Assembly: GCA_028716165.1 (NCBI GenBank)
Contig: JAQUQI010000008.1
Coordinates: forward strand, 1,919 to 65,918
Source: Candidatus Omnitrophota bacterium
GTDB lineage: Bacteria > Omnitrophota > Gorgyraeia > JABMRG01
Reading direction: 5' to 3'
Length of the DNA: 64,000 bases
Each line of letters opens with the position of its first letter. The first letter of the stretch is position 1. Made by a program: the position numbers and the translations under genes. Under the pieces are notes generated by a model. It saw only the letters and a list, made by a program, of their open reading frames with translations, was not told the origin of the DNA and made no database searches. Shown piece by piece: positions 1 through 10,467 of the stretch.

Positions 1-759
1 TATTTCCGCGGCAGGGAAATTAGCTTGTAGATAATGAGCGTGAAGGCCGGCGAAAAATCCGTCAACGCGAAAATCATTGAGCCCTAATAGCGCGCCTATA
101 TTAACCGCCCTGATATTCTGCCGCAACGCCCTTTCAGGCGCTTCAAGCCTGAAGGCATAATCTGTTTTATCGCCGCGCCTGTGGACGAGGGAATATATCT
201 TCCTGTCATATGTCTCCTGATAAACGGTAAGAGAATCGGCGCCGGATTTAATTATCCCGGCGTATTCATCTTCAGATAAAGGATAGACCTCCACGGCCAC
301 GGAGCTGAAATATTCTTTCAATACCTCTACACAATCGCTTATATAGGATACCGGGCTCATTTTTTTTGAATCACCCGTCAAAAGCAGTATATGCCTTAGC
401 CCGGTATTTGAGATATGGCAGGCCGCGTGTTTAACCTCTTTGATGGTAAGTTTCCTCCTGCGGCTTTTGATGCCGGCATTATATCCGCAGTAAATACAAT
501 CATTATCACAAAAATCCGAGACATACAATGGAGTATAAAGCTGTATGGCCCTGCCAAAATTATGCAGGGTAATATCGCGCGCCTTAACTGCCATATCTTC
601 AATGCGGCAGAAGGCACTTGGCGAAAGTAATTTTAAAAAATCACAAGCAGTAAGGATATTCTTGTTTAATACAAAGTCAATATCCCTGTCGTCAACAGAT
701 GTCAACAAACCCATTATATTTTCGGATTCATACTTTTTTATTGCCTCTATAAAACTCAT
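1..759 (-). CDS. thiH: 2-iminoacetate synthase ThiH (radical SAM tyrosine lyase). Partial: the C-terminus runs off the window start.
   Basis: Minus-strand translation from the ATG at 759 gives MSFIEAIKKYESEN...SDFCDNDCIYCGYN, which contains a CX3CX2C radical-SAM motif. No stop occurs before position 1. The gene sits immediately downstream of thiG in a thiE-thiS-thiG context. Confidence 0.75.
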   Translation of the reverse strand, partial: MSFIEAIKKYESENIMGLLTSVDDRDIDFVLNKNILTACDFLKLLSPSAFCRIEDMAVKARDITLHNFGRAIQLYTPLYVSDFCDNDCIYCGYNAGIKSRRRKLTIKEVKHAACHISNTGLRHILLLTGDSKKMSPVSYISDCVEVLKEYFSSVAVEVYPLSEDEYAGIIKSGADSLTVYQETYDRKIYSLVHRRGDKTDYAFRLEAPERALRQNIRAVNIGALLGLNDFRVDGFFAGLHAHYLQANFPAAEI

Positions 760-765
760 GTCTTT

Positions 766-1542
766 TCAATCCCGTAAAAAACCCGTTAAAGGGGAGGAAG
801 CCTGCGCGGCGGGCCCAGGCGAAGCCATGGTGGAATTTAAAACATAATGCCTCCTGCCGGCTTTAACCGCCAGGGCAAATGCCTCTGCTTCCATAACAGG
901 GTCATTGGCTATGGCAATGGCTGTATTAACAAGCACGGCATCACAGCCTGATTCCATGCACAAGGCAGCATCGGCAGGGCTTCCTAATCCCGCGTCAACT
1001 ATAACAGGAACGTCAATCTCATTTATCATTATCCTTACCATCTCCCTGGTCTTAAATCCCCTGCCGCTTCCGATAGTTGAACCTAAAGGCATTACTGCCG
1101 CTGCTCCGGCCTCTACCAGGGCCCTGGCTGTTATAAGATCAGGGTTCATATATGCCAACGGCACAAATCCTTCTGATGCCAGCGCCTTAGTCGCTTTCAG
1201 GGTCTCTATATTATCCGGCAAAAGGTATTTGTTGTCCGGTATGACCTCTATTTTTATCCAATTCCCGCAACCCATAGCTTTTCCGAGCCGGGCTATCCTT
1301 ATGGCTTCATCCGCGTTCCTGGCTCCTGATGTGTTTATCATAATAGTGCAGTCCGAGGGTATATAATCCAATATATTCTCATCCGCTGATTTTTCATCCA
1401 CACGCCTTAATGCTACCGTCACAACCTGGCATCCGCAAGCCCTTATGATATCACCTATAATACGCTTATCCGGAAATTTCCCGGTACCGACAAAAAGCCT
1501 GTTATTAAACGATCTGTCGGCTATCTTTAAAATATCCTCCAT
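766..1542 (-). CDS. thiG: thiazole synthase ThiG
   Basis: 258 aa. TIM-barrel ThiG signature (…VMPLGSTIGSGRG…VDAGLGSPADAA…) and operon context with thiS and thiE. Confidence 0.9.
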   Translation of the reverse strand: MEDILKIADRSFNNRLFVGTGKFPDKRIIGDIIRACGCQVVTVALRRVDEKSADENILDYIPSDCTIMINTSGARNADEAIRIARLGKAMGCGNWIKIEVIPDNKYLLPDNIETLKATKALASEGFVPLAYMNPDLITARALVEAGAAAVMPLGSTIGSGRGFKTREMVRIMINEIDVPVIVDAGLGSPADAALCMESGCDAVLVNTAIAIANDPVMEAEAFALAVKAGRRHYVLNSTMASPGPAAQASSPLTGFLRD

Positions 1543-1543
1543 A

Positions 1544-1744
1544 CTATCCTCCCCCTACAAAACTGACTATTTCAATAATATCGCCTTCTCTAAGTATTAT
1601 CTCGTTCCACTTGTCCTTTGGGATAATATTATGATTATATTCTATAACTATTGCCCTTTCGGACAGCCCCTTTATCTTTATTAGCTCCGGCAGATTGCCG
1701 GCGCCCTCTATTTCATGGAACCTGCCGTTAATTTTTATCCGCAT
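1544..1744 (-). CDS. thiS: sulfur carrier protein ThiS
   Basis: 66 aa ending in the Gly-Gly C-terminus (…VSFVGGG). Lies between thiE and thiG. Confidence 0.8.
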   Translation of the reverse strand: MRIKINGRFHEIEGAGNLPELIKIKGLSERAIVIEYNHNIIPKDKWNEIILREGDIIEIVSFVGGG

Positions 1745-2390
1745 AGTTTGGCCCGGTTTTCAGGCTGATAATAGCTGTTTTAAGCCTTTTTACCTCAAGC
1801 GCGACATCATCGGCTTCTGTTATTGCCCGTATGACTGCTATGTTTTTTACTCCCATAGAGGCCAGCGTGCCGATATTGGACATATTGATACCGCCTATAA
1901 AAAAAACAGGCTTTCGGCTCTTTGACAATACCTCTCCTATGCCGTCTGTGCCTATCTTATAATTCTTTGTCTTTGTTTCAAACACGGGGCCAAACGCTAT
2001 ATAATCAAAATCCTGCTCCTGCGCCTTAAGAAATTGCCGGACAGAATGAGTGGATATGCCTATTATCCTGTCTCTGCCAAGTATGCCGCGTGTTAAAGGC
2101 AGTGGATATTTTATAATATCTTCCTGGCCCAGATGGACTCCGTCGGCATCAAGCCTTTTGGCGGCAACGGGGTCATCGTTAACAATAAAAGTTACAGATC
2201 TCTTTCTGCACAATGACCTGATATCTTTGGCGTATGATAAAAAATTTCCGCGTGAAAACGTTTTTTCTCTTACCTGCAGGATATCTATGCCCGCCTGAAT
2301 CGCCTGATAAGCAATGTCCGCGGCAGGCCTTCCTTTGGTATATTCCGAACTCAACACAAGATACAAGTTACTATCTTTTACCATATACAT
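1728..2390 (-). CDS. thiE: thiamine-phosphate synthase ThiE
   Basis: 220 aa ThiE/TMP-TENI fold. Overlaps thiS by 17 nt and is the first gene downstream of the TPP riboswitch. Confidence 0.85.
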   Translation of the reverse strand: MYMVKDSNLYLVLSSEYTKGRPAADIAYQAIQAGIDILQVREKTFSRGNFLSYAKDIRSLCRKRSVTFIVNDDPVAAKRLDADGVHLGQEDIIKYPLPLTRGILGRDRIIGISTHSVRQFLKAQEQDFDYIAFGPVFETKTKNYKIGTDGIGEVLSKSRKPVFFIGGINMSNIGTLASMGVKNIAVIRAITEADDVALEVKRLKTAIISLKTGPNYADKN

Positions 2391-2590
2391 AAAAACCTAT
2401 GCTGTCAGCATAGGTGAAAAGGGCCTTTTTTAAAATTCCCTACGCTGGCATTATCCAGCCTGCCCGGTTTAATTTTCTAAAGCAGGTCCGCTTGGCCTTT
2501 TTGGCAAAAAAATGAAATTAGCCTCGGATCAGGTTCATCGGGTCTCCCGCTAAACGCGGGACTCTCAGGCCTGTATCAGGCCTCCCCTAC
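2391..2590 (-). ncRNA. TPP (THI-box) riboswitch with expression-platform hairpin, the 5' leader of the thiESGH operon
   Basis: The minus strand contains GGGG…CTGAGA…ACCTGATC…GCTGGATAATGCCAGCGTAGGGAA (the plus strand shows ttccctacgctggcattatccag at 2437-2459). A hairpin cctatgctgacagcatagg (2396-2414) followed by TTTTT sits directly before the thiE ATG and contains the AGG of the likely RBS. Confidence 0.8.
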
Positions 2591-2677
2591 ACAATATAAT
2601 TACAACATAGCTATAATATCAGCGGCTACCGGATATTTCGCAAAGCAGAACAACTGTAATTATAAAAAAGCGCTACT

Positions 2678-4357
2678 CTATTGCTTCTTTTCTATATTAG
2701 ACCAGGTGTCCTTGAGTCCGACTATACGGTTAAATACAAGCCTGTCCTGGTTGGAATCTTTATCCAGGCAAAAATATCCCTGCCTCTCAAATTGATATGA
2801 AGCTCCGTTAACAGCTTTTGACAGGCAAGGCTCAATATATACCGGGTATATTTTTTGTAATGATTCAGGATTCAAATTATCCCTATAATTTTGGCCCTGC
2901 CCGGTATCTTCCGGATCAGGTTTAATAAAAAGATGGCTATAAAGACGAGCTTCGGCAATGCCGGCATGCCTTTGTGATACCCAGTGCAGGGTCGTCTTAG
3001 GCTTTCTGCCGTCAGGCGAATCTCCTCCGCGTGTAGCTGGATCGTATGTGCACCTCAATTCCTTCACATTGCCTTCTTCATCTTTTATTACTTCCTCGCA
3101 TTTTATAAAATAAGCGTATCTTAACCTTACTTCTTGTCCGGGAGATAAGCGAAAGAATTTTTTTGGCGGGTTTATTCTGAAATCGTCTTTTTCAATATAT
3201 AGATGCCTGCCAAAGGGTATTTTTCTCGTGCCATAACTTTCATCTTCGGGATTGTTTACAGCATCCAGCAATTCTTCTTTTTCTTCCGGATAATTGACGA
3301 TGGTAACCTTGAGAGGAAAAAGTACCGCCATCGCCCTTGGCGCTGTCTTGTTAAGCTCCTGTCGTATACTGTTTTCAAGCACCGCTATATCAACAATACT
3401 ATTAGTTTTGGACACCCCGATATCTTTGCAAAAAGTCCTTATAGAGAGGGGCGTGTATCCGCGGCGCCTAAGGCCTGATATGGTAGGCATGCGCGGATCG
3501 TCCCATCCGCTTACATCCTTATTTCTAACCAGCTCTATCAGTTTCCTTTTGCTAAGTATCGTGTAAGTCAAATTCAACCTGGCAAATTCTATCTGGCTGG
3601 GATGAAAAATGCCTAATGCCTCCAGTATCCAATCATATAAAGGCCTGTTATTTTCAAATTCAAGGGTGCAGATAGAATGCGTGATACCCTCTATGGAATC
3701 AGATATGCAGTGCGCGAAATCATACATAGGGTATATGGACCAGAGACCGCCTGTTCTGTGATGCAGGCCTTTCTTTATCCGGTAAAGCGCGGGGTCGCGC
3801 ATAACAATATTGGGATGGGCCATGTCTATCTTGGCCCTTAACACGCGCGCGCCGTCATCAAACTCGCCTTCCTTCATCCGCTTGAAAAGATCAACGTTCT
3901 CTTCTATGCTTCGCCCCCTGAAAGGCGAGTCCTTTCCCGGCGAATTAAGGCTGCCTCTGTATAACCTTATCTCGTCCGGGCTCAAATCGCAAACATAGGC
4001 CTTCCCCATCTGTATAAGCCTGACAGCATATTCATATAAACGGTCAAAATAATCCGAAGCGTAAAACAACCTATCCTGCCAGTCAAAACCAAGCCAACGA
4101 ACATCTTCCTTTATAGACTCTATGTATTCAATTTCTTCTTTCTCCGGATTGGTATCGTCAAAACGCAGGTTGCATAATCCGTTATAATATCCGGCAAGGC
4201 CGAAATTTAGGCATATTGATTTTGCGTGGCCTATATGCAAATAACCGTTTGGTTCGGGTGGAAACCGGGTATGGACCTTTTGGCCGTATTTTGACGTGTT
4301 CAGGTCTTTATCTATAATATCAGTTATAAAGTTTTTCACGAGCTTACCTGTATTCAA
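2678..4357 (-). CDS. glnS: glutamine--tRNA ligase (GlnRS)
   Basis: 559 aa. Contains [17 protein letters not shown] (class I HIGH motif in GlnRS-type context) and a KMSKS-like ILSKRK. Confidence 0.85.
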   Translation of the reverse strand: MNTGKLVKNFITDIIDKDLNTSKYGQKVHTRFPPEPNGYLHIGHAKSICLNFGLAGYYNGLCNLRFDDTNPEKEEIEYIESIKEDVRWLGFDWQDRLFYASDYFDRLYEYAVRLIQMGKAYVCDLSPDEIRLYRGSLNSPGKDSPFRGRSIEENVDLFKRMKEGEFDDGARVLRAKIDMAHPNIVMRDPALYRIKKGLHHRTGGLWSIYPMYDFAHCISDSIEGITHSICTLEFENNRPLYDWILEALGIFHPSQIEFARLNLTYTILSKRKLIELVRNKDVSGWDDPRMPTISGLRRRGYTPLSIRTFCKDIGVSKTNSIVDIAVLENSIRQELNKTAPRAMAVLFPLKVTIVNYPEEKEELLDAVNNPEDESYGTRKIPFGRHLYIEKDDFRINPPKKFFRLSPGQEVRLRYAYFIKCEEVIKDEEGNVKELRCTYDPATRGGDSPDGRKPKTTLHWVSQRHAGIAEARLYSHLFIKPDPEDTGQGQNYRDNLNPESLQKIYPVYIEPCLSKAVNGASYQFERQGYFCLDKDSNQDRLVFNRIVGLKDTWSNIEKKQ

Positions 4358-4392
4358 ACGAAAATCAAAACATTCTGCCTGTAAAGACTGTG

Positions 4393-5745
4393 CTATATGC
4401 GAAAAATAAATATCGCGATATGAAGATAGATAAATAATGATACAATATCTACAATGCTTGTAATGAATGGCCCTGACATAAGCGCCGGGTCAAGCTTCAT
4501 TTTTTTAAAAATAAGCGGTAATACGGCCCCCAGGGTTGTCGCGGCGACAACGGTAGCCACCATGGCAATGCCGACTGTAAGAGCAAGTAACGGACTTTTA
4601 TTCATGATTATGGCCCTTGCGCCCGCCAAAAGGCTCATAGCAAATCCCACTATCACTCCGGCCTTAAGCTCCTTCCAAAAGACTTTAAATATATCGGACA
4701 TTTTTATTTCGCCCGTGGCAATACCCCTTATAACGACAGTTGATGACTGCGTACCGGCATTGCCGCCCGAGTTGCACAAAAGCGGTATAAAAAAAACAAG
4801 CGCCACCACTGCCTCAAGCTGAAAAGCATATCGCTCCATTATCCAGCCCGAAATAAAACCCATTACAACAAGGACCATCAACCATAATATCCTGTGCCGG
4901 GCTATTGTCAAAGACTTTGACCCCATGTAATCTATATAATCTCCGGCAGCGCCGTATTTATATATGTCCTCTGTGTCTTCCTGGATAATAACATCAACAA
5001 TATCGTCATGCGTAACTATGCCTACGAGCTTGTTGTCTTCGTCTACAACCGGAAGTGCCAGTATATCGTAGTCTGCCAGCTTTTTGGCGACTGCCTCTTT
5101 ATCATCGCTGACATTAGCAGTGATCACATTTGTGTGCATAATGTCCTTGATAACGCTTGTTGATTCCGCCACGATAATGTCTTTAAGCGAGACAAAGCCT
5201 ATCAGCTTTCTTTCCTCATCTATGATGTAAACATAATAAATAGTTTCGCGGTTAAAGGCCTGCAATTTAAGTTTGGCAATGGCCTCTTTAGCTGTTATCT
5301 CGCGGGGCAGGACGGCATATTCCGTTGTAAGTACCGAACCGGCGGTCCCTTCTTTAAACTGTAAAAGCCTCTTTATATCATTTCGTTCAGCCTGCGCGAC
5401 AAGAGGCAGTATTTCTTCAACGCGTTTTTTGGGCAGCGCCTTTATAAAATCAGCCCTTTCGTCCGGCGCCATCTCCTCAAGGACGCCTGCCATCCAGTCC
5501 TTTGAAAAATATCTGAATATCTCGCGTTTCTGCTTGATTTTAAAATGCTGAAAAAACTCTATACCCAGAGGCCTGCTAAGGGCTATTATAATCCGGGCAT
5601 TTTCCTCGGGTTCCAAATCTTCACAAAGCTCAAATATGTCCCTTGGATGAAAATCTTCAAACAGCTCTTTAAGGTGTTTATTGGCCTCGGGATAACGCAG
5701 TATTTCTTTGATCTCCGGCGAGATTATGGATATTCGTTTATGCAT
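4393..5745 (-). CDS. mgtE: magnesium transporter MgtE
   Basis: 450 aa. N-domain, tandem CBS region, and C-terminal 5-TM domain with …[15 protein letters not shown]…. Confidence 0.9.
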   Translation of the reverse strand: MHKRISIISPEIKEILRYPEANKHLKELFEDFHPRDIFELCEDLEPEENARIIIALSRPLGIEFFQHFKIKQKREIFRYFSKDWMAGVLEEMAPDERADFIKALPKKRVEEILPLVAQAERNDIKRLLQFKEGTAGSVLTTEYAVLPREITAKEAIAKLKLQAFNRETIYYVYIIDEERKLIGFVSLKDIIVAESTSVIKDIMHTNVITANVSDDKEAVAKKLADYDILALPVVDEDNKLVGIVTHDDIVDVIIQEDTEDIYKYGAAGDYIDYMGSKSLTIARHRILWLMVLVVMGFISGWIMERYAFQLEAVVALVFFIPLLCNSGGNAGTQSSTVVIRGIATGEIKMSDIFKVFWKELKAGVIVGFAMSLLAGARAIIMNKSPLLALTVGIAMVATVVAATTLGAVLPLIFKKMKLDPALMSGPFITSIVDIVSLFIYLHIAIFIFRI

Positions 5746-5829
5746 CGGTTTACTCCATGCTCAAAATACACGGGCATTCTTCCGTTATTATACGGAAAAA
5801 CGGGAGAGTTAAAAATCGCGCGGCAGGAT

Positions 5830-7746
5830 TTAAGTAAGCGACGCCATTATTTTGGAAAGTTTGTGGGTGGCAACCCCTATCACTTCGTCAGCGCCGCCAT
5901 AATAATGATATATAGTGTCTGCCCGCAGGATATGGGAACAAGGAAATACCACATTTGGCACCTGGCCTTGTTCTTCATACTTTTTAATAGGCTCCAGGAT
6001 TGAATCGTTTGTGCGCGATAAAACAACCATCGGATTTTTCAGATCAAGCAAAGCCGCGCCCAAACGGTAATGTTTATCTTCTCCTATCCCATGGTAAAAC
6101 ATAAGCCAGCCCTGCTTTACCTTCAGGGGCGGGCCGGCCAGGCCGATCTTCTTACTGTCCCACATGCCGTATCTGGGCCCCATGACCCTGATGCCGCGGT
6201 TAACCTCCCTAACAGCGTTTTTTAACGAGGTTAAAAAATCAAAACATATCTGGTGCCTGATACGGTGTATAAGGCAGTACCTATCTTTGAACTTTTCGGG
6301 GAACAGGCAGGCGTCCTTATCATCTATACCGGGCGGGGTTATCAATACAGGCCGCGACCAATTCCATCTCCTCCTTAAAAAGTCATTAACCGAAATCCAT
6401 GTCATAGCGACTCTTGGCACCGCTATCCCGTTATATGCCGTATAAAACATATACAGCAGATTGCCTATCTTTACAATGCGGGGATCTTCACAGCCAGAAT
6501 TCCCGTTAATGATTTTTTTCATTTCAAAATCCGCTCTGGGAACATAAATAGGTTCAGGCAGACGCTCATCAATCTTAAGCCCGTCCCTGCTTACCGCATA
6601 CCCCATAGTAGAAGTGTTGTTTTCGGACATGGCCCTGTATATAATATGTATCTTGCCGTCCAATTCAATCGCGGCTGGATTAAATACAGCCCTGTCCTCC
6701 CACGCGTGTTCTTTAATAGGCGCGAGTATGGGGTTTTTCTTGCCGCGTGTGGAGTAGTTCTCCCTGCCGGCAGGCGTCATGCTCTCCAGAAGGCACGGCA
6801 GATTAAGGTCCGCGACGCATGAAGTGGTATCCGCGGCGCCGTAAAATATCCTCAAGGTCTTTTCCTTGATAATAGCGCCCGACGGAAATATCACATTCGG
6901 TATCTGTCCATACCTCTCATAGCTTGCTTCGGGGGCCATTATTGGATGCTTGGTGCGCCCAATAATCCTGGAGGGGTCCTTCATGTCCAAAAGAAGCGCT
7001 TCAATTCCAAAGATCTTATTGTCAGTAGGATAATTTTGTATATGCGCGTAGATAAGCAGCCAACCGTCCTTTGTTTTGACAGGCGCGGCTCCCACCTCAA
7101 CATGGTCAGTAGGCATTCTTTTTATATGGAGCATGTTTTTGCCGAGTTTTTTATACCAGTTCCTCCAATAGGCTATATCCCATATCTCTTCCTCATGGTC
7201 AAATTGAGCGATGGCAATCCGGGCGGTACGTTTGGCATGGTCGGTATTTGCCGTCAATATGGCCGTAAACTTTCCGTTGACCTTGCCCGGGAAAAGGGCC
7301 ATGGCCTTGGCATTAAAAGGTGTCACCAGGTGTTTTGACTCAATGGTCTTAAAGTCCTTAGTAATCGCGCAAGCGACTTTTATACCAAAATACCTGAACG
7401 GAAAAACGGATAAAGCGGTATAAAATATATAATATTTCCCGTTCAGTTCCGTTACGCGCGGGTCTTCGCAACCGTATCTTTCCCATGAAAATTCAGGCTT
7501 TATAAGCTGGGCCTGCTTGTTGAAAGAAACGCCGTCTATGCTTTTCGCGTATCCTATAGTGGAAATATACGGGCCGTTTTGAGGCACCAGATCAGGCTCC
7601 GACATGGCGCGGTATATCGCGTGAATTGTTTTTTTATCCTTGCTGTCCTGCACCACGGACCAATTAAATGTGGCCACCGCTTCCCATTGGTGCCTGCTGT
7701 AGGGTTTGATAATGGGATTATGCGGACAACGTTTCACCGAATACAT
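5830..7746 (-). CDS. GH130-like (DUF377 / beta-mannoside phosphorylase family) protein with two tandem GH130-type domains
   Basis: 638 aa. Both halves carry a G/RCEDPRV/I motif and a C-terminal FYGAADT / YYGGAD motif typical of GH130. Confidence 0.6.
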   Translation of the reverse strand: MYSVKRCPHNPIIKPYSRHQWEAVATFNWSVVQDSKDKKTIHAIYRAMSEPDLVPQNGPYISTIGYAKSIDGVSFNKQAQLIKPEFSWERYGCEDPRVTELNGKYYIFYTALSVFPFRYFGIKVACAITKDFKTIESKHLVTPFNAKAMALFPGKVNGKFTAILTANTDHAKRTARIAIAQFDHEEEIWDIAYWRNWYKKLGKNMLHIKRMPTDHVEVGAAPVKTKDGWLLIYAHIQNYPTDNKIFGIEALLLDMKDPSRIIGRTKHPIMAPEASYERYGQIPNVIFPSGAIIKEKTLRIFYGAADTTSCVADLNLPCLLESMTPAGRENYSTRGKKNPILAPIKEHAWEDRAVFNPAAIELDGKIHIIYRAMSENNTSTMGYAVSRDGLKIDERLPEPIYVPRADFEMKKIINGNSGCEDPRIVKIGNLLYMFYTAYNGIAVPRVAMTWISVNDFLRRRWNWSRPVLITPPGIDDKDACLFPEKFKDRYCLIHRIRHQICFDFLTSLKNAVREVNRGIRVMGPRYGMWDSKKIGLAGPPLKVKQGWLMFYHGIGEDKHYRLGAALLDLKNPMVVLSRTNDSILEPIKKYEEQGQVPNVVFPCSHILRADTIYHYYGGADEVIGVATHKLSKIMASLT

Positions 7747-7856
7747 ACAATTTACCTTTCATTCATCATTAACACGGGTTTATATTTTATAGTTCGGGGG
7801 CAGGCGCTGAATTTCCGCGTAATGTTTTCAGCAACCGGCCCCCGGCACACTAAACC

Positions 7857-9761
7857 TTATGAATAAGTTACTTCTTTTAAAGTATAGCCGACAGTCCTGT
7901 CTTTTTTAACATTGTCTATAAACTGATCAAGCTGTGCGGTCGCGCAGCAAACAACCTTATCGCCTCCGCCATAATAAACAAAAAGCTCCTTGTTGAGCAC
8001 AACAGCCCCGCACGGGTAAACAACACCCGACTTTCCGTCGTTCTCATAATGTTTATCGGGCTTTAGGATAGGATTGCTGGTCCTGTATAATACCTTGGAC
8101 GGGTCATTGAGATCAAGTATCATGGCGCCAATTTTATAACGCGTATCGTCCCTGTCGTCAACGGCATGATAAATAACAAGCCACCCGTCTTCTGTTTTAA
8201 TAGGCGTGGCGCCCACGCTCAACTTTCTGCTGTCCCACATACCCGGGCGCGTAGTAATCCTGGCCTTTGCCTCAAGCCATTTTCCGTCATCAAATTTCAA
8301 ATTGTCCCTATAGTCAATCAATATATGGGGGAATACCCGGTGAAATATCACGTATTTTCCTTTTACTTTTTCCGGCAGTATACAACCGCTTTTGTTTACC
8401 ACGCCAGGCGCCGATATTAAAACCGGTTCAGTCCATTTCCATTCTTTTTTTCTAAAATCATCTCTGCGTATGGAGCTTAAAGCAATGCGCGGATGTGAAT
8501 AACCCGAATAGGCAACATATGTCAGATATATCCTTTCGTCAATAGCCGTAAGCTTAGGGTCTTCGCATCCGGCCCAGCCGCAGCCTGATTTATAAAGGTC
8601 AGTCCTTTGTCTGGGCTTTGTAATGGCTCCTTCAAATTCCTTTGTAGGACAATAGGCGGGTTCGTTTAATGTTTCGTCAATAGTATAGCCGTCTCTTGTT
8701 GAAGCATAGCCAAGGCAGGAATAGCCCCCCTTTCCTACAGCCCTGTAAAGCAGGTGGACTTTGCCGTTATCGTACAAGGCGGCCGGATTAAAGGTAGCTT
8801 CCGATTCCCATTCGTTCATCTCGTTAGGCACGATTATAGGGTTTTTATAAAATCTTTTCAGTTTCGCAAAGGCCTTTTTTTCAGCCACACCGGGAAAAGG
8901 CTTGTCTATAGCCACCGTGAAAAGCTTTTTTAACCTTGAAGTAAAATAGAGAAATATTTTTTCTTTGTAAAACGCGGCGCCTATTGAATACATGGGCTCG
9001 CTTCCGGCGGAAAGCTTTTCCTGCCATAGCGGAGTTTCCGAGCGCCATATAAGGCTGTTGGGATCATATATTGAAAACAACGCCCCGCCTACTTGCAGTA
9101 CCTGGCTGTCGCCTTCTTTGTATGAAGCATCGTAAACAACCAAAAGCCCGTGCGTGGTCAGAGAAACCGACAAAACGGTAAGCGGCGAATTATCAAAAAA
9201 ATTATTTCTGGGTTCAAGGCAGGTTGTGTTTGATATCCTCCATTTGGCAAGGTCTGTTGAAAAAGCGGTCTTTATAGAACAACTGCCCAGATACATAACA
9301 TATTGTTCCCTGCATTTATAATTCGGGGCAAGTATGCCCTGTTCTCTGGCGGCAGAAACCTTGCCGATAACCTTAAAATTCTTTAAATCCTTTGACACCG
9401 CTGACATCAGGCAGTTTTCAACCCTGCCCTTTTGCAGGTATGTCATAAAATAACCTTTATCGCAGGCCGATATGCTGATACGTTCACGCTGCGATATATC
9501 ATCCGCTTTGCCCGAATCAGATATAACCGATATCTTGGCCCTGGATGCCTTAAAGCTCATCCCTGTCCTGCTCTTTGAAAGATAAAGCGCGGTCTTATCC
9601 AGATCAGACGATTTAAAAAACAACGACAACTGGCCCTTATCAACTATAACACCTATAGGATGCTTTGGCTGGTCAGGGGCCGGCAGCTTTTTACGCCTTT
9701 TAATCTTGCCTATTACTCTTTTTACCAAACCCTTGCCCCCTGCCACAATTTTCTTACTCAT
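7857..9761 (-). CDS. GH130-like protein, paralog of the preceding gene. The C-terminal half is an intact GH130-type domain and the N-terminal half is a degenerate copy.
   Basis: 634 aa. C-terminal half has GCEDPKL…YYGGGD. The N-terminal half is more diverged, with a basic N-terminal tail. Confidence 0.55.
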   Translation of the reverse strand: MSKKIVAGGKGLVKRVIGKIKRRKKLPAPDQPKHPIGVIVDKGQLSLFFKSSDLDKTALYLSKSRTGMSFKASRAKISVISDSGKADDISQRERISISACDKGYFMTYLQKGRVENCLMSAVSKDLKNFKVIGKVSAAREQGILAPNYKCREQYVMYLGSCSIKTAFSTDLAKWRISNTTCLEPRNNFFDNSPLTVLSVSLTTHGLLVVYDASYKEGDSQVLQVGGALFSIYDPNSLIWRSETPLWQEKLSAGSEPMYSIGAAFYKEKIFLYFTSRLKKLFTVAIDKPFPGVAEKKAFAKLKRFYKNPIIVPNEMNEWESEATFNPAALYDNGKVHLLYRAVGKGGYSCLGYASTRDGYTIDETLNEPAYCPTKEFEGAITKPRQRTDLYKSGCGWAGCEDPKLTAIDERIYLTYVAYSGYSHPRIALSSIRRDDFRKKEWKWTEPVLISAPGVVNKSGCILPEKVKGKYVIFHRVFPHILIDYRDNLKFDDGKWLEAKARITTRPGMWDSRKLSVGATPIKTEDGWLVIYHAVDDRDDTRYKIGAMILDLNDPSKVLYRTSNPILKPDKHYENDGKSGVVYPCGAVVLNKELFVYYGGGDKVVCCATAQLDQFIDNVKKDRTVGYTLKEVTYS

Positions 9762-9773
9762 TTTCTCCGCCTC

Positions 9774-10112
9774 TTATCTTTTATACTTATCTTCAAGCCT
9801 GATAATATCGTTTTCATCAAATTCGCCAAACGATATCTCAAGCATTTTTATCACGGAGCCTTGGGCCTTGATACGGTGCTTCTGTTTCTTTTCTATAAAA
9901 AACTCATCTCCTTCGGACGCAGAAATAATGTTATCACCCAATGTTATTTCGCCCGTGCCCAAAAGCATCTTCCAGAATTCTTCCCTCTTATGATGAAACT
10001 GCAGGCTCAAAGATTCATGGGGATTAATCGTGATGATTTTTACGGTAACGGGTTCTTGTTTGGTAAATTGTTCAAACATCCCCCATGGCCTTTTTTCAGT
10101 ATATTTTTTCAT
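9774..10112 (-). CDS. cupin-type mannose-6-phosphate isomerase-like protein (type II PMI / ManC C-terminal cupin)
   Basis: 112 aa. Cupin motifs PWG…INPHESLSLQFHHKREEFW. Adjacent to the GH130 pair. Confidence 0.55.
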   Translation of the reverse strand: MKKYTEKRPWGMFEQFTKQEPVTVKIITINPHESLSLQFHHKREEFWKMLLGTGEITLGDNIISASEGDEFFIEKKQKHRIKAQGSVIKMLEISFGEFDENDIIRLEDKYKR

Positions 10113-10467
10113 AAAATACCGCGAAAAGTTTTTATTGCGTGCGTAAAAAAGACAGTCTTATTCTCTTAATTTTCATGTTAAACTCAATTTAACGAATAAA
10201 ATACAAAAGAATGACTGAAAAATCTTGAGGGGTTTTTAACAAGGTATATTTTCTTTTCACCCCGCCCAACTATACCCAAACGTAACCGGATTACTACTAA
10301 AGGGCAGGATGTATACTATCAATTAAGACAATCATATACCCTTTCAACATCAATGTAATATTATACTAAAAAAAAATATTTGTCAAGATTATATTTATAT
10401 ATTTAAACCTTGAATTTTCATATTATAATTCCAGCCTGTGATAATAATGCGGCCGGCCAAAAAAATA

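Noticed and set aside
396-847. Three short overlapping ORFs (396-617 on the minus strand, 415-630 and 545-847 on the plus strand) from the ORF track at the window start.
   Set aside because: They are alternative-frame artefacts inside the thiH coding region. The in-frame minus-strand thiH ORF (759 down to 1) is open to the window edge and has the radical-SAM motif.
905-1366. A 153-aa plus-strand ORF, and many similar 60-190 aa ORFs on the opposite strand of the large minus-strand genes (for example 3203-3478, 4454-4822, 9660-10169, 25126-25941, 26215-26958, 35492-36067, 38947-39516, 42930-43409, 57413-58072).
   Set aside because: These are shadow ORFs lying entirely inside well-supported genes on the other strand. 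They have low-complexity composition and no RBS or motifs.
7747-7856. A hairpin (gggggccgg … cctgccccc) between the two GH130 paralogs as a terminator.
   Set aside because: The loop is very long and no U-run follows. It is more likely just GC-rich spacer within an operon.
10113-10467. tRNA or other structured RNA in the AT-rich gap between the cupin gene and the flavodoxin-like gene. The gaps 16735-16921 and 20347-20475 were checked the same way.
   Set aside because: No T-loop (GTTCRANYC) or acceptor-stem-like features were seen. The sequence is AT-rich promoter-like DNA.
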